Source: Candidatus Poseidoniaceae archaeon
Lineage (GTDB): Archaea > Thermoplasmatota > Poseidoniia > Poseidoniales > Poseidoniaceae
Reading direction: 5' to 3'
DNA: 64,000 nt
Assembly (NCBI GenBank): GCA_965662895.1
Contig: CBFIJH010000002.1
Location: 128,001 to 192,000, forward strand
Shown: positions 1 to 10,234 of the stretch, in pieces
Layout of the letters: each line of letters opens with the position of its first letter
Position numbering within the stretch: position 1 is the first letter of the stretch
Translations under genes and position numbers: made by a program
Notes under the pieces: model-generated
Database searches by the model: none
Seen by the model: only the letters and a program-made list of their open reading frames with translations
What the model was told of the DNA's origin: nothing

Positions 1-1
1 G

Positions 2-229
2 ACGCGAGACCAAATCAATTCAATTATGCCAGAAGAAAGGACAAACATGGACCTCATACCTTCATTTATCAACGATCTACGTGTAATTACAATAGGAGAT
101 AAACAAGACCTTTGCCCGTGTGCTGGAACGCACGTACGTAATATTTCGGAAATCAAGGGCATCGAGTTTATTGGAAAAAAATCGAAGGGGAAAGGGACAC
201 AACGAGTTACGTACCAACTTCGTGGTTAA
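2..229 (+). CDS. alaX: AlaX-type alanyl-tRNA editing protein, C-terminal part (5' truncated by window)
   Basis: tRNA_SAD-like motif DLCPCAGTHVRNISEI followed by KSKGKG..RV; frame is open back to the window edge. Confidence 0.8.
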   Translation, partial: TRDQINSIMPEERTNMDLIPSFINDLRVITIGDKQDLCPCAGTHVRNISEIKGIEFIGKKSKGKGTQRVTYQLRG

Positions 230-275
230 TTATCCCAATAAGTTTAATCATAATCGTTTTTTGAAAGATGTAAAA

Positions 276-977
276 TTAATCTTCATCTTCAAGTAAATCG
301 AGAACATCAGAAACTGCCGAATCCCAAACCATTTTCTTTGTTTTCTTCTGGTGTAATTCTTCATTTTCAAGGATCTCAAGTATTCCATCATCGACACCGA
401 CATTTCCTGCTTTAATGTTGGTCCGCGTAACCATTTCAACATCTTCTCCTGCACGATCCGAACGGTCAACTGGTGCAATATCCTTACTTGGAATGGTTCG
501 TCCTGCGTGATAATGGTCACGATCAAAGTCTTTTTCGCTCCAGGTGTCGGTACCGATTTTTCTTGCCACTTCCGGTTCAGGAGGCTTGTCTTTCCATTGA
601 TTCTTGTTTGCGATATTTTGGATGATTGATTGTTTTTCGACGCTCTTTTGAAGTTCAAAAATCTCCAAAACATCCTGTCCTGATCGTTCCTTTTCCTTTG
701 GTGCGTATTGACTTGCTCGATGTTGTTGTTCGTCCAACCATGGGCCGTGAATAGGGTCAGTATCATGGCGATGAGGAGCGACAGACATAGCTAGCAACTC
801 CTTCGCGAATTGATAGAATGCGTCTTCAGGAGGTGCTTTAGCCATTTCATCGCGAATTCGTTTGTGAGAAGCAATGCATTTCTGGCATCTTGAACTCCCG
901 ACTTCGTCTGGCTCATCGCACCACAGGCAACATGCCTGGAATCCCATGTCCTTCATTGCTCGCCTAGGCATTGACAT
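276..977 (-). CDS. hypothetical protein with N-terminal Cys cluster (possible Zn finger)
   Basis: ORF of about 233 aa with CCLWC-x10-CQKC; ATG at 977 chosen over TTG at 986. Confidence 0.7.
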   Translation of the reverse strand: MSMPRRAMKDMGFQACCLWCDEPDEVGSSRCQKCIASHKRIRDEMAKAPPEDAFYQFAKELLAMSVAPHRHDTDPIHGPWLDEQQHRASQYAPKEKERSGQDVLEIFELQKSVEKQSIIQNIANKNQWKDKPPEPEVARKIGTDTWSEKDFDRDHYHAGRTIPSKDIAPVDRSDRAGEDVEMVTRTNIKAGNVGVDDGILEILENEELHQKKTKKMVWDSAVSDVLDLLEDED

Positions 978-1065
978 GGTGCTCAACGAACCCTAGTTGT
1001 TCAAACACATGAACTCTCGCACATCGCGAGCGAGGATTGAAAGAAGACAACGAATTGAGAAGAGC

Positions 1066-1953
1066 ATGGTTCGAGACTCACGTGCGGATATTCTCGAACC
1101 GAGTCCATTTTATGGAACACAACAAAAAATCCATCGCGTTCATGCAGGACAACAATCGCAATCAAGTTCTCCAATCAATAATTTCTTTCGCGTCATGACA
1201 CAGACTCAACCTAAACTCCACAAGGGTGGAATTTGGCATTTCAGTGAAGAAGAGAAGAAACATTTGTTGTATGCAACTGCAGCTTTCACACTTGCCCTTG
1301 GTTTTATGGCTGCAGGTGGACTTGGTGGACTTTCAATCAACGGGCCATCAACATGGATACTTCAAATTCTTTTATCGATGCCAATTATGCTGATTGCAGT
1401 TGGTCCTGCATTCGTTCTCCATGAAATTGGACACAAAATTGTCGCAAAAAAGAATGGTTGTTGGGCAGAATTCCGAGCCGATCCCAAAGGCTTACAATTT
1501 GGCGTTCTTATTTCTCTCTTTCTTGGTGTCCTTTTCATGGCTCCTGGTGCAGTGATGGTTGCAGGTCTTGTAACACGTCGGCAAAACGGGCATATCGCTG
1601 TTGCAGGGCCGTTGGTAAATCTTGGATTGTTTGTGATTGGTATTCCATTGGGTGCCCTGCTGTTTATGTTAACGAATGCACAAGACTACAGCACGATGGG
1701 TTATTTGCAAGATGGGGCACTTATTTGGCAATCAATGGTCTATGACATTGTTCTTTACTGGATTGGTGCAAATCTCATTCTTGGTCTGTTTAACATGATC
1801 CCATTGGGTCCGCTTGATGGTGTGAAAGTTAAGGATTGGAACAACGGTGTTTGGTGGGGTGTCTTTCTAATATTCCTATCACCAATAATCATCTATTTGA
1901 CGACACCGTATTCGCCAATGACGCTTGTCATTTGGCTCTCGAATCTCGTTTAA
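1066..1953 (+). CDS. site-2 protease (M50 family intramembrane Zn metalloprotease)
   Basis: HEIGH motif, IAVAGP, NMIPLGPLDG and several TM helices; start uncertain (997/1009/1066). Confidence 0.9.
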   Translation: MVRDSRADILEPSPFYGTQQKIHRVHAGQQSQSSSPINNFFRVMTQTQPKLHKGGIWHFSEEEKKHLLYATAAFTLALGFMAAGGLGGLSINGPSTWILQILLSMPIMLIAVGPAFVLHEIGHKIVAKKNGCWAEFRADPKGLQFGVLISLFLGVLFMAPGAVMVAGLVTRRQNGHIAVAGPLVNLGLFVIGIPLGALLFMLTNAQDYSTMGYLQDGALIWQSMVYDIVLYWIGANLILGLFNMIPLGPLDGVKVKDWNNGVWWGVFLIFLSPIIIYLTTPYSPMTLVIWLSNLV

Positions 1954-3993
1954 TCAAAGACCGTGGATTTCCTTGGACTTATCGTGACTCCAGTGGTAAC
2001 ACAATCGGAGGAGGTTGAGATAGTGTCCCTGGCCGTCTTTGACCATCTTCTCGTGAAGCGGCTCATTGGTCATGAACATGTCACCCCAAACGTTGGCAGA
2101 TGTACCCTTCTTGCCCTTTGGCAGGTCAAAGACTTCGTTTGTTGTTGGTTCCAACAAGTTCTTCCAAACAATTGCTGGATTGACAGCCATCGTTACTTCC
2201 ACGATGATTTCGTCCTCGTTGAGGCCAGTTCCTGTCTGCCAGGATTCTTCTCCCATATCAGCAAGGAATGGGAGACATAGATCGATGATGGAGAGTCCAG
2301 TCATTGGGTCAGCACCGGTCATTTGACCGTAAGCTTCTCGCATTCGTCCACGGTCAGCGCCACGAGCACCCGTGATCATGCGTAGCTTGTCGATAGATGT
2401 TGGAACGAGGAATCGAATGTCCGTGTAGTAGACAAGCGCCTGTTCACTGCTGCCTGCAGGTGCAAAGATGTGTGAGAACGGCTGTGCACCACTGCTTTCA
2501 CCAAGCATGTCCATCGGGAACAATGTCTTGAGTGCGTTCGTTGCAACGGATTGGACAACGCGTCGAATCAATCGCTCTGGAGCGGCTGAAACGTCGTTAA
2601 ACGATTCCATGTATTCATCGAGGTTGAGAATATCGTATCCACGAACAGCGAGGATTGAATGGACGTTTGGACCAAGGATCTTGTCACCCTCAATCATTGC
2701 CTGACTAATCCAGCGAGCACCCTTAGCGAAATCGCTTGCAGTAACGAGATCAGCATATGCCTTGTATCGACGAGCAACACGGTTCATGAAGTCCGCTTGG
2801 TCGAGCTTGGTGAAGACCGTAGCAGCGTAGTTTGACTTCAGTGCGTGGTCGGCTACCTGACTTGCGTTGACACACGTTAAGAGATTTCCTTGGTCGTGAG
2901 GGTAGAGCAACAATCGTCGACGCTTGGCAGCGCCACCAAGTGAGCCAACCTTCGGATCGGTCAAGATGTAGCCGAGACAAGCAGTGACTTCGAACAGACG
3001 AGCGTATTTGTCTTCATCGCTTGCGTTTTTGATCCACTCGTCAAGACCTGGCTCGACACAGTGGAATTCAAGTGGGACCATTTCGGAACCTGCACCGAAC
3101 ATCTGTCGAACAGTCGAAGAGGACATCATACCCATCATGGTGTACAATGACGTTTTTCCAGTGGTGAGGAAGACGTCAGTGATTCCTTCTTCACCGAAGG
3201 AGATACGTCGGTCTGGCAGGTTCACCAAGAGATTGAATGCAGTAGCAGTATCTCGGTTTCCATCAACAGCGGGATGAATCCATGTCGTTGGTTTGGTCAT
3301 GAGGTAACCACTTGCATCCTTTCCAAATCCAGCAGGGGAGTATCGAATCCACCCGAGTCGGTTGTTGAACGCAACACCACGGTGCATCAATGAAGGGTAG
3401 TAGACCTTGTCTTGTGGGTCTGAATCTGGTACAACACCTCGGTGTCCGAGACCCCATAGGATTGGTTCCCACTCAGCAACACCATCTTCATCGCCACCAT
3501 CACCTAGGAATGGATGGCCACTTGAGACGGTTTCACCAGTGAGCATGGAACCACCCAATCGCTCTTCATCGCCTGTTGAACAGAAGAAGAACGTCTGTGT
3601 GGTGACGAGTTGCTTTGGCGTCCACATGTTCGCATTGACGACTGTCTTTTGCTTAAGGAAGTCCGAGAGTGTGCTGATTCGACGTTCAAACTTGAATCGC
3701 TCAGATTCAATCCACGTGGAACCGAAGAAGAGGTTAGTGTTGAGTAACTTTGGACGACCAGGTCCGATGTAACGTGAACGAGGATCTCCCTTTGTGTCAT
3801 CCGTTTCATGAATAGGTTCCCACGGTCCTTGTGTTGGAATGTACTTGAGGAATTCTTCGTGATCAAAAGGCATCTTTTGTGCTTCTTTGACGGCGTCTTC
3901 GACTTTATCCATCAACTGGACATAAGTTTCAGTTGGTGTAATTCGTCCACTTTCTTTGAATTGCTTATGCGATACTGCTCGATGTTCCCACAT
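1954..3993 (-). CDS. large hypothetical protein (679 aa)
   Basis: Long clean ORF; GAGGTGA Shine-Dalgarno overlaps the upstream stop; no recognisable motif. Confidence 0.8.
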   Translation of the reverse strand: MWEHRAVSHKQFKESGRITPTETYVQLMDKVEDAVKEAQKMPFDHEEFLKYIPTQGPWEPIHETDDTKGDPRSRYIGPGRPKLLNTNLFFGSTWIESERFKFERRISTLSDFLKQKTVVNANMWTPKQLVTTQTFFFCSTGDEERLGGSMLTGETVSSGHPFLGDGGDEDGVAEWEPILWGLGHRGVVPDSDPQDKVYYPSLMHRGVAFNNRLGWIRYSPAGFGKDASGYLMTKPTTWIHPAVDGNRDTATAFNLLVNLPDRRISFGEEGITDVFLTTGKTSLYTMMGMMSSSTVRQMFGAGSEMVPLEFHCVEPGLDEWIKNASDEDKYARLFEVTACLGYILTDPKVGSLGGAAKRRRLLLYPHDQGNLLTCVNASQVADHALKSNYAATVFTKLDQADFMNRVARRYKAYADLVTASDFAKGARWISQAMIEGDKILGPNVHSILAVRGYDILNLDEYMESFNDVSAAPERLIRRVVQSVATNALKTLFPMDMLGESSGAQPFSHIFAPAGSSEQALVYYTDIRFLVPTSIDKLRMITGARGADRGRMREAYGQMTGADPMTGLSIIDLCLPFLADMGEESWQTGTGLNEDEIIVEVTMAVNPAIVWKNLLEPTTNEVFDLPKGKKGTSANVWGDMFMTNEPLHEKMVKDGQGHYLNLLRLCYHWSHDKSKEIHGL

Positions 3994-4004
3994 TCTTCTT
4001 CACC

Positions 4005-4583
4005 TCAAAACTTCTTTTTCTTGATAGGAATTTTTTCCTCTTCTTTAGGAGCTTCTTCTTCAGGAGTCTCCTCGGCTTCGTCTTCAACGACTTGGTCTTC
4101 CTCTTCAAGGCTATCCCCATCACCAGTTGAATTCTCTTCCACGATTTCGTCTTCAGAAATTTCTTGTTCTTCCTCTGATTCTTCTTCATCTTCACCATCA
4201 TCGGATTCGATATCTTCCATCATGATGTCCACAACTTCGTCGATTTCTTCGTCTTCTTCAGGTTCAGATTCAGCAACAGTTTCTGATTCTTCTCGCGGAA
4301 TGAGGAGCTGCAAAACGAGACCAAAAGTTCCGGCTACTGCGCCAAGTCCGATAATTGCTCCGTTATTGGTTCGTTGTGTATCATCAGGATCGCTGTTTGT
4401 TTCTACACCGGTGACGGGCGGAATCTCATTACCAGTGACGTTTGTCACGATTTCGACAGCAGCCCATGCTGCAAAAACGAGCATGATAATTGACAATAGA
4501 TTTGCGGTCGAGGCATTCGTTTTGACCCAATTTGCAAAGGGCGTCTGACCATCTTCCATACTCGTGCCTCGCGACGTTTGCAT
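4005..4583 (-). CDS. two-TM membrane protein with long acidic C-terminal tail
   Basis: Two hydrophobic segments, then about 80 aa E/D-rich, ending IPIKKKKF. Confidence 0.75.
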   Translation of the reverse strand: MQTSRGTSMEDGQTPFANWVKTNASTANLLSIIMLVFAAWAAVEIVTNVTGNEIPPVTGVETNSDPDDTQRTNNGAIIGLGAVAGTFGLVLQLLIPREESETVAESEPEEDEEIDEVVDIMMEDIESDDGEDEEESEEEQEISEDEIVEENSTGDGDSLEEEDQVVEDEAEETPEEEAPKEEEKIPIKKKKF

Positions 4584-4620
4584 ATAACTTGTGTGCCTTT
4601 AATAAAGAAAAATGAATCAA

Positions 4621-6387
4621 TCACTCATCCAAGTAAGCGTTCTTTACAGGGGTCTCATCAAGGTGGAAGAAAGAATACGTCGCCCACCATGTAATGGTAT
4701 CCAATGCATCGACAAGGTTGCTTGTCCCACTTCGCTCTTCACCGTAATCTTTGCCTGTTGTATCCATCCAGTCAATCATTTCGTCAAGCGTGTCGCATGT
4801 TTGGTGGTAGCACCAATAACCGTCAACAAGTCCACCAAAGCCCATTGTTACGGTGCCAAGATTGTCTTGGAATGTAGCGTGGTCGGAACGTGCGGTCGTA
4901 TCTTCATACACAATAATCTCGGGACGATCTTTTGCAAGCCAATCGTCAACCTTCCATGTTTCAGCATCGTATCCTTCACCAAGGAGTGGAGACATCTGCT
5001 CTTCAACACCGATGGCATCGGAGCCAATCCACATCGCTAGGCCAACCATACCCGGCTGATTCATGACATCATGTTCGAGACTTGGTCCGATGTAAACACG
5101 CATTGGCCATACTTCGTCATCTTTCGGATAACCATCAGGATCGATTTCTGGATTTGGATCGCAACCACCGTCAGGACCGTGATTACCTCCACAAGGAGCT
5201 CCTCCACCACCCGGCCAATTCACACCAGCCATATCGAGATTGACGTAATTAGTCACTTCCACATTTGGATTCTCATTCTTAACCCATTCATCGGTCCAGA
5301 AGTCACTTCCACGCTTACCACCTTCTTCACCAGACCACAGGCAGAATACCATGGTGTTTCGAGTACTGTAGCCAGCCATTGCTTCAGCAACGGTCAACAC
5401 CATACTTGTCCCAGCAGTGTTGTCGTAAGCGCCGACACGTGTACCGTAAGTACGGCCGAAGATATGTGGGTCAAGTGCAACAGCGTTCACAGGCGGAGCG
5501 ATATCAAAGTGAGCACCGAAAACCATCCACTTGTCTCGGTCCACTTCACCCCATCGGTAGCCACAGATGTTGTAAGCTTCTGGATTCTGGGAACCTGTCA
5601 TAACCGAATCGTAGACAAATCGTTGTGTGATCACTTCAAGACCAAAATTTTCCAAGGTTTGGATGAGATGCAATGCAGCATCTTCGTAAGCGGCATTACC
5701 TTGTCCAGCCCAACGGTCCAGATAACCAAGAGCACCATCGACCACATCGGTTGGATCTGCAGTTTGATCGCTCAAACTCGATAGATAATTGAACGTCGTC
5801 CTGCCGTTCACAACACCAGTTGAGTGCCGTCCACCATCAGCTTCAGAGTACGCAGGCGCAGCTGGACGTTCGACTGAAAGGAGCACAGGCGTCACTCCAC
5901 CACCATTTGAATTGGATGTCTGGACCGTGTTTAGACTACCATTTTCACCAATCACTCGTGAGATGCCTTGGGAATTTTCGCCATCATAACCCCCTCGCTC
6001 CCACCACGTTTTCCACGATTCGTTGAGTTCACGGATTGGCCAGTTTTCCCGCCCGTAATCACCGAGCAAAACAACAGCTGTATCGGTTCGAGGTGGTGCA
6101 AGGACGGTGAGCAAGGCGTTCTCGCCTGCTTTGAGATCGACCACGGTTGAATTTTGAACAAAGCCTGTGTCAGGATTCAACATCAAGTACGGAACAAAGG
6201 CTGAGAGATCACGATCTGCAGATATTGTGAGACCTTGGAAGATTCCACCAATGAGCGTTTCAGGTGTTATGGTAACGTCATTTTCACCAATTTGCCCGTT
6301 ATCGTCTCCTTCTCCAAAGCAACCAGAGAGTGGAGCGAGCATCATGATGCACACGAGACCGAGTGCCCGACGTGCATCTCTCCCCAT
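4621..6387 (-). CDS. M28 family metallo-aminopeptidase, lipoprotein
   Basis: Lipobox LAPLSGC; GAHFD, GAYDN, SGEEGG, NLDM, RSDH and CYH motifs. Confidence 0.9.
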   Translation of the reverse strand: MGRDARRALGLVCIMMLAPLSGCFGEGDDNGQIGENDVTITPETLIGGIFQGLTISADRDLSAFVPYLMLNPDTGFVQNSTVVDLKAGENALLTVLAPPRTDTAVVLLGDYGRENWPIRELNESWKTWWERGGYDGENSQGISRVIGENGSLNTVQTSNSNGGGVTPVLLSVERPAAPAYSEADGGRHSTGVVNGRTTFNYLSSLSDQTADPTDVVDGALGYLDRWAGQGNAAYEDAALHLIQTLENFGLEVITQRFVYDSVMTGSQNPEAYNICGYRWGEVDRDKWMVFGAHFDIAPPVNAVALDPHIFGRTYGTRVGAYDNTAGTSMVLTVAEAMAGYSTRNTMVFCLWSGEEGGKRGSDFWTDEWVKNENPNVEVTNYVNLDMAGVNWPGGGGAPCGGNHGPDGGCDPNPEIDPDGYPKDDEVWPMRVYIGPSLEHDVMNQPGMVGLAMWIGSDAIGVEEQMSPLLGEGYDAETWKVDDWLAKDRPEIIVYEDTTARSDHATFQDNLGTVTMGFGGLVDGYWCYHQTCDTLDEMIDWMDTTGKDYGEERSGTSNLVDALDTITWWATYSFFHLDETPVKNAYLDE

Positions 6388-6418
6388 AATTCAACGCAAA
6401 CCGTCTCTCTATCTCAAT

Positions 6419-6700
6419 TCTTTGTTCCAGGTGATGACACTTGAATCATGGTCGAACGGCATTGTTCGGCAGTTGATTGAAGAAGAAGGTTGGTGGGTTG
6501 GCTTTTATTTCGTTATCTTCATCTTCATGACGACATTCACATTCCTCAACATGTTTGTTGCTATCTTCACAAATACCGTTGTTGCATTGGAAGCTGACTC
6601 TGAGGAAGGTATCAACAGTGAAGTTCGCAAGATACAATCCCAACTTGATGTTCTGGTTGATGAAATTAAGCAGTTGCGAGCAGGGCTCGAAGAAGAGTGA
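6419..6700 (+). pseudogene. truncated bacterial-type voltage-gated Na+ channel (P-loop, S6 and coiled coil only)
   Basis: SLFQVMTLESWSNGIVRQL matches the BacNav pore/selectivity filter, then S6 FYFVIFIFMTTFTFLNMFVAIF and a coiled coil; S1-S5 absent; GTG 6431 / ATG 6434 could start an 88-89 aa product. Confidence 0.75.
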
Positions 6701-7201
6701 TTACCACTCTGAATCGAAAATGGCACTCTCGTCTTTGAACGATTTGAATTCAAGATGATTTCCTGCAGGATCGACAATGAACATGGTTGCTTGTGATCCG
6801 GGCTGATCTTCGTATCGAGTGTATGGGCCGATAACAAATTCAACACCGTTTTTGGCAAGTTTGTCTTTGAGCTGATGCCAATCGTTCCATTCCATAACGA
6901 GGCCGAAATGCATCGCGGGGACTTGCTTTCCATCAACTAGATTTGTGGTTAATTCAGGCATATTTGGTACCAAGTGTGCAACGATTTGATGGCCGAAGAA
7001 CTTGAACACACACGATTCTTCTTTCTCTCGACCTGTTGTACAACCGAGAACGTTGACGTAGAATTGCTTTGCTTTTTCTAAATCATTAACAGGAAAGGCG
7101 AGATGGAAAGGACGGAGTTTCTTTGGTGGAGAATAATCGGTACCACAACTCCGACAGACGTCGTTTTCGTCCCAATCGCATTGCCGAATGCAACCTGCCA
7201 A
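6701..7201 (-). CDS. VOC/glyoxalase family protein with N-terminal 4-Cys tag
   Basis: PFHLAFPVNDL..AKQFY..VLGC, HQIVAH, HFG, QATMF..DP.GNHLEFK; probable TTG start at 7201. Confidence 0.85.
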   Translation of the reverse strand: MAGCIRQCDWDENDVCRSCGTDYSPPKKLRPFHLAFPVNDLEKAKQFYVNVLGCTTGREKEESCVFKFFGHQIVAHLVPNMPELTTNLVDGKQVPAMHFGLVMEWNDWHQLKDKLAKNGVEFVIGPYTRYEDQPGSQATMFIVDPAGNHLEFKSFKDESAIFDSEW

Positions 7202-7205
7202 CCCA

Positions 7206-7745
7206 TCACTTCCATTTGACTGAGCAGCCAATGGAATCTGTGGATTGAACCACTGGTGTCGATCCAGCAAGCATAGCATCGATGGCATCCTTCAACTCAC
7301 TGGTCGTCACTTTTGTAGGGTCTCGAGGGCTATCATCCATGCGTCCATGGTACGTGACGACTCCATTTGCGTCGAGCAAGAAAAATTCGGGTGTTCGCTG
7401 AGCTCCCCAAGCGGTTGCAACGTCTTGTGTACTATCATGGAGGTATGCGTACGGCATCCCTTTATCCGCCCTTTTGACCATGTTCTCAAAAGAGTCGACA
7501 GGATAATTGTCTGGGTCGTTTGAATTGATTCCGACAAATCCGATGCCGTTGACGTTACAATATTCTGCCATGTTGTTCATTCTGTCGATGCTGGCGATTA
7601 CGTATGGGCAATGATTGCATTCGAATACAACGACGCAACCATTTGATTTCATTGAGGAACTCAAAGAAGCGAGTTCTCCTCCGATGGATGCGTTTGCATT
7701 TTTTAGATTGAATTTAGGAGCCGTGTTGCCAATCTGGAGGGGCAT
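7206..7745 (-). CDS. thioredoxin-family (AhpC/TSA, redoxin) protein
   Basis: CNHCPYV, INSND, AQRTPEFF, YHGRMDD, SIGCSVKWK. Confidence 0.9.
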   Translation of the reverse strand: MPLQIGNTAPKFNLKNANASIGGELASLSSSMKSNGCVVVFECNHCPYVIASIDRMNNMAEYCNVNGIGFVGINSNDPDNYPVDSFENMVKRADKGMPYAYLHDSTQDVATAWGAQRTPEFFLLDANGVVTYHGRMDDSPRDPTKVTTSELKDAIDAMLAGSTPVVQSTDSIGCSVKWK

Positions 7746-7787
7746 ACTTACGCCTCACTGAAGTTATTGATATGTGTTCGCTTATGT

Positions 7788-10061
7788 TCATGTGGTAGCG
7801 AGTTGCTGTTCGCATTGCTTCAAACGATGCCGAGCAATTGGGTGATTGGGCTCCAAAGCAAGTACGCCTCTCCACGCAGCCATGGCTTGGTCGACATTGT
7901 TCATCGCGTGATAAATAGCGGCTGCTTGCAAGCGCGCATTGATGTTGCTACCATCTGCTCGAATGGCAGCCTCAAAATCACTGAGTGCCGCTTCGTGTTT
8001 TTCCCACGCAGAGTACAACATACCTCGCTGATGCCAAGCATCAGCATAGTCCGGGGCAAGACGAAGTGCTTCGTTAATCGGACCTTCAGCCCGCTCGGGA
8101 CGGTCTAATGCGAGGTAGCATGCTCCGAGTTTTGTTAACGCTTGATAGTGATGCGGAGCTTCCTCAAGCACCGATAGGAAACCTTCCTTCGCTTCACTCC
8201 ATTCACCTAAACGAGATTGAGCGTCGGCTCGTGCAAACACTGCAACAGCAAGCTTCGGAGCAAGCGAAAGTAGGATATCAGCATCTTCCTTTGCTTCTAC
8301 GGCTTTGTCGAGTGCAAGGTAGCAACTGATTCGATTAAGCCGTGCTCGAATGTGTTTTGGATTTTCATTTAACGTATCAGAATACATAGCAATGGCCCGT
8401 TCAGGGTCGCCCGATCGAATAGCGATGTTTCCACGAACGTATGCAATCGTCGGCCCCTTGCCTTGTATCTCAGCGGCGTCAATGTATCGTGTAGCTGCAT
8501 GGATGTCGTCGAAATCAATAGCCAACAGAGCAGCTTCGATTGAACAAGATGAATCTGTATCACCCAGCAAACGGCGAGCCCGGGTCAGTGAAACACTCGC
8601 CTCTTCGAGATCTTTCATTAGGCGTTGTGTGCGAGCTAATCCAAGCCAAGCAACACCGAGTTCCCGGTCGAGATTGAGTGCTGCCTCGAAGGACTTGATA
8701 GCAGAACTGAGAAGCAGTTCATCGGTGGTTCCCGTTCCATCTCGTAATCGATCTGCTTTTGCCAAATGCAGCCGACCTTCAACGATGTGAAGTTCTGGAT
8801 GGTCAATCTTTGGAGGTGTCCCATCAAGCAATGCTTGAGCGACCTCAATCCGTCCTTCAGATAATCGTCGGGAAGCCACCGTGCTACGCAGTTCTGCATC
8901 GAGCGGAAATTTCTCAATTGCTTTCTCAAGGGATGTTTCGGCAGCCATAATATCTCCGCTTTCTGCAAGAAGATCAGCCTTGAGAACGATAAGTTCCGCA
9001 CCTCCACAGTCCAATGCAACAGCATGTGTTGCTGCCTTTAGAGCATCTTTTTCTCGTCCCTGCTTAACACTGAGTAACTTTGCTCGTAATGCCCAAGCGT
9101 CACCGATTTGACGGTCCAAATTCAAACAACTATCCACAGCTTCAAGTGCCCGTTCAGATTCTTCTTCCTCATACAATAATTGAGCATATTGGAGCCAATA
9201 ATCTGGCTTTTTGTTATCTTCTGCCAACGCCTGTTCAATCGCATCAATGGCTTCATTTGCCGATCCTGCGCGATGACGAAGTCCTGCGAGTAGTGAGCGA
9301 TCAGCCGGCGTGTCCAGTCCCAACGCTTCCAAACGGAGGACGTCCTTCTCTGCGTTTCCATCACCCTGTTGAACAAGAATATGCGCGTGCGTACGCAACA
9401 ACTCAGGGTTGTCTGGGTCAAGTTGCAATTGCGATTCTAGCCAGTGGAGTCTTAGTACACCATCTCCTTTCAGTATTGCAACCTTTTCTAATCCCCTCAA
9501 TACAACTACATTTCCTGGTAGAGCCTGATGGGCAACACCCAATGCATTCTCAGCCCACGATAGGTTCTGAAGAGAAAGGGCGCACAAACCAACTTGCAAG
9601 GCCTGCCGTCCATCAAGATCAAGAGCACGCACATTTACCGAATTTTGATAAAAAACAGTAAAGAGCCTTTTCGCCATTTCGGATTGCATTGGTGACAGTT
9701 GTACATCCATATCGTTGAGCGGTACTGATGAACAAACAGCCTCAATAGCATGATGCGCTAATTCCGGCGAGAATTGTCCATTTTCGAGTGTTTCAATCGC
9801 TTGATAGGCTCGAATTCCATGATTCACATCTGGATGCGTTGCACGTACAGCGTTGAGAAGTGAATCGTATTCCTCGATTTTGTTTTGCAATGAAATCAAC
9901 GTCTCAGTTGTTTGTTTGGCATGAGCGCCTTGTGACTCAGAGAGGACGAGTGTTCGATCTGAAACCCTCTGCAAAGCCGCTTTTGCGTGATACAGGTTCC
10001 AAGAGAGGGCAAAACCTGCACCGATTGAAAGTCCAATGATAATGAAGGAAATTGGTTCCAT
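7788..10061 (-). CDS. membrane-anchored tetratricopeptide repeat protein
   Basis: N-terminal TM helix, then many TPR-like units (A..L.P....AW..RG). Confidence 0.85.
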   Translation of the reverse strand: MEPISFIIIGLSIGAGFALSWNLYHAKAALQRVSDRTLVLSESQGAHAKQTTETLISLQNKIEEYDSLLNAVRATHPDVNHGIRAYQAIETLENGQFSPELAHHAIEAVCSSVPLNDMDVQLSPMQSEMAKRLFTVFYQNSVNVRALDLDGRQALQVGLCALSLQNLSWAENALGVAHQALPGNVVVLRGLEKVAILKGDGVLRLHWLESQLQLDPDNPELLRTHAHILVQQGDGNAEKDVLRLEALGLDTPADRSLLAGLRHRAGSANEAIDAIEQALAEDNKKPDYWLQYAQLLYEEEESERALEAVDSCLNLDRQIGDAWALRAKLLSVKQGREKDALKAATHAVALDCGGAELIVLKADLLAESGDIMAAETSLEKAIEKFPLDAELRSTVASRRLSEGRIEVAQALLDGTPPKIDHPELHIVEGRLHLAKADRLRDGTGTTDELLLSSAIKSFEAALNLDRELGVAWLGLARTQRLMKDLEEASVSLTRARRLLGDTDSSCSIEAALLAIDFDDIHAATRYIDAAEIQGKGPTIAYVRGNIAIRSGDPERAIAMYSDTLNENPKHIRARLNRISCYLALDKAVEAKEDADILLSLAPKLAVAVFARADAQSRLGEWSEAKEGFLSVLEEAPHHYQALTKLGACYLALDRPERAEGPINEALRLAPDYADAWHQRGMLYSAWEKHEAALSDFEAAIRADGSNINARLQAAAIYHAMNNVDQAMAAWRGVLALEPNHPIARHRLKQCEQQLATT

Positions 10062-10234
10062 TGCTTGTTTAGTTGTCCAAGTGCCTTTATGTTCTGCGGT
10101 CTTGGTGAACCTATTGACCCCTATTTCCAGACCCTTTGGTGAAACCCAAACAGGTCTATTTTTTGAGAAAATTGCTGGATTTTCGGCTCACATTGAAAAC
10201 CTATGTGAAAATATGCGTTTTTTGAGGAGAGGGC

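Noticed and set aside
3808-4548. 246-aa Ser-rich ORF on the + strand
   Set aside because: It is the antisense mirror of the Glu-rich tail of 4005-4583.
6167-6418. N-terminal extension of the channel ORF as listed in the track
   Set aside because: It lies antisense to the M28 gene start and has no S5 or voltage-sensor character.
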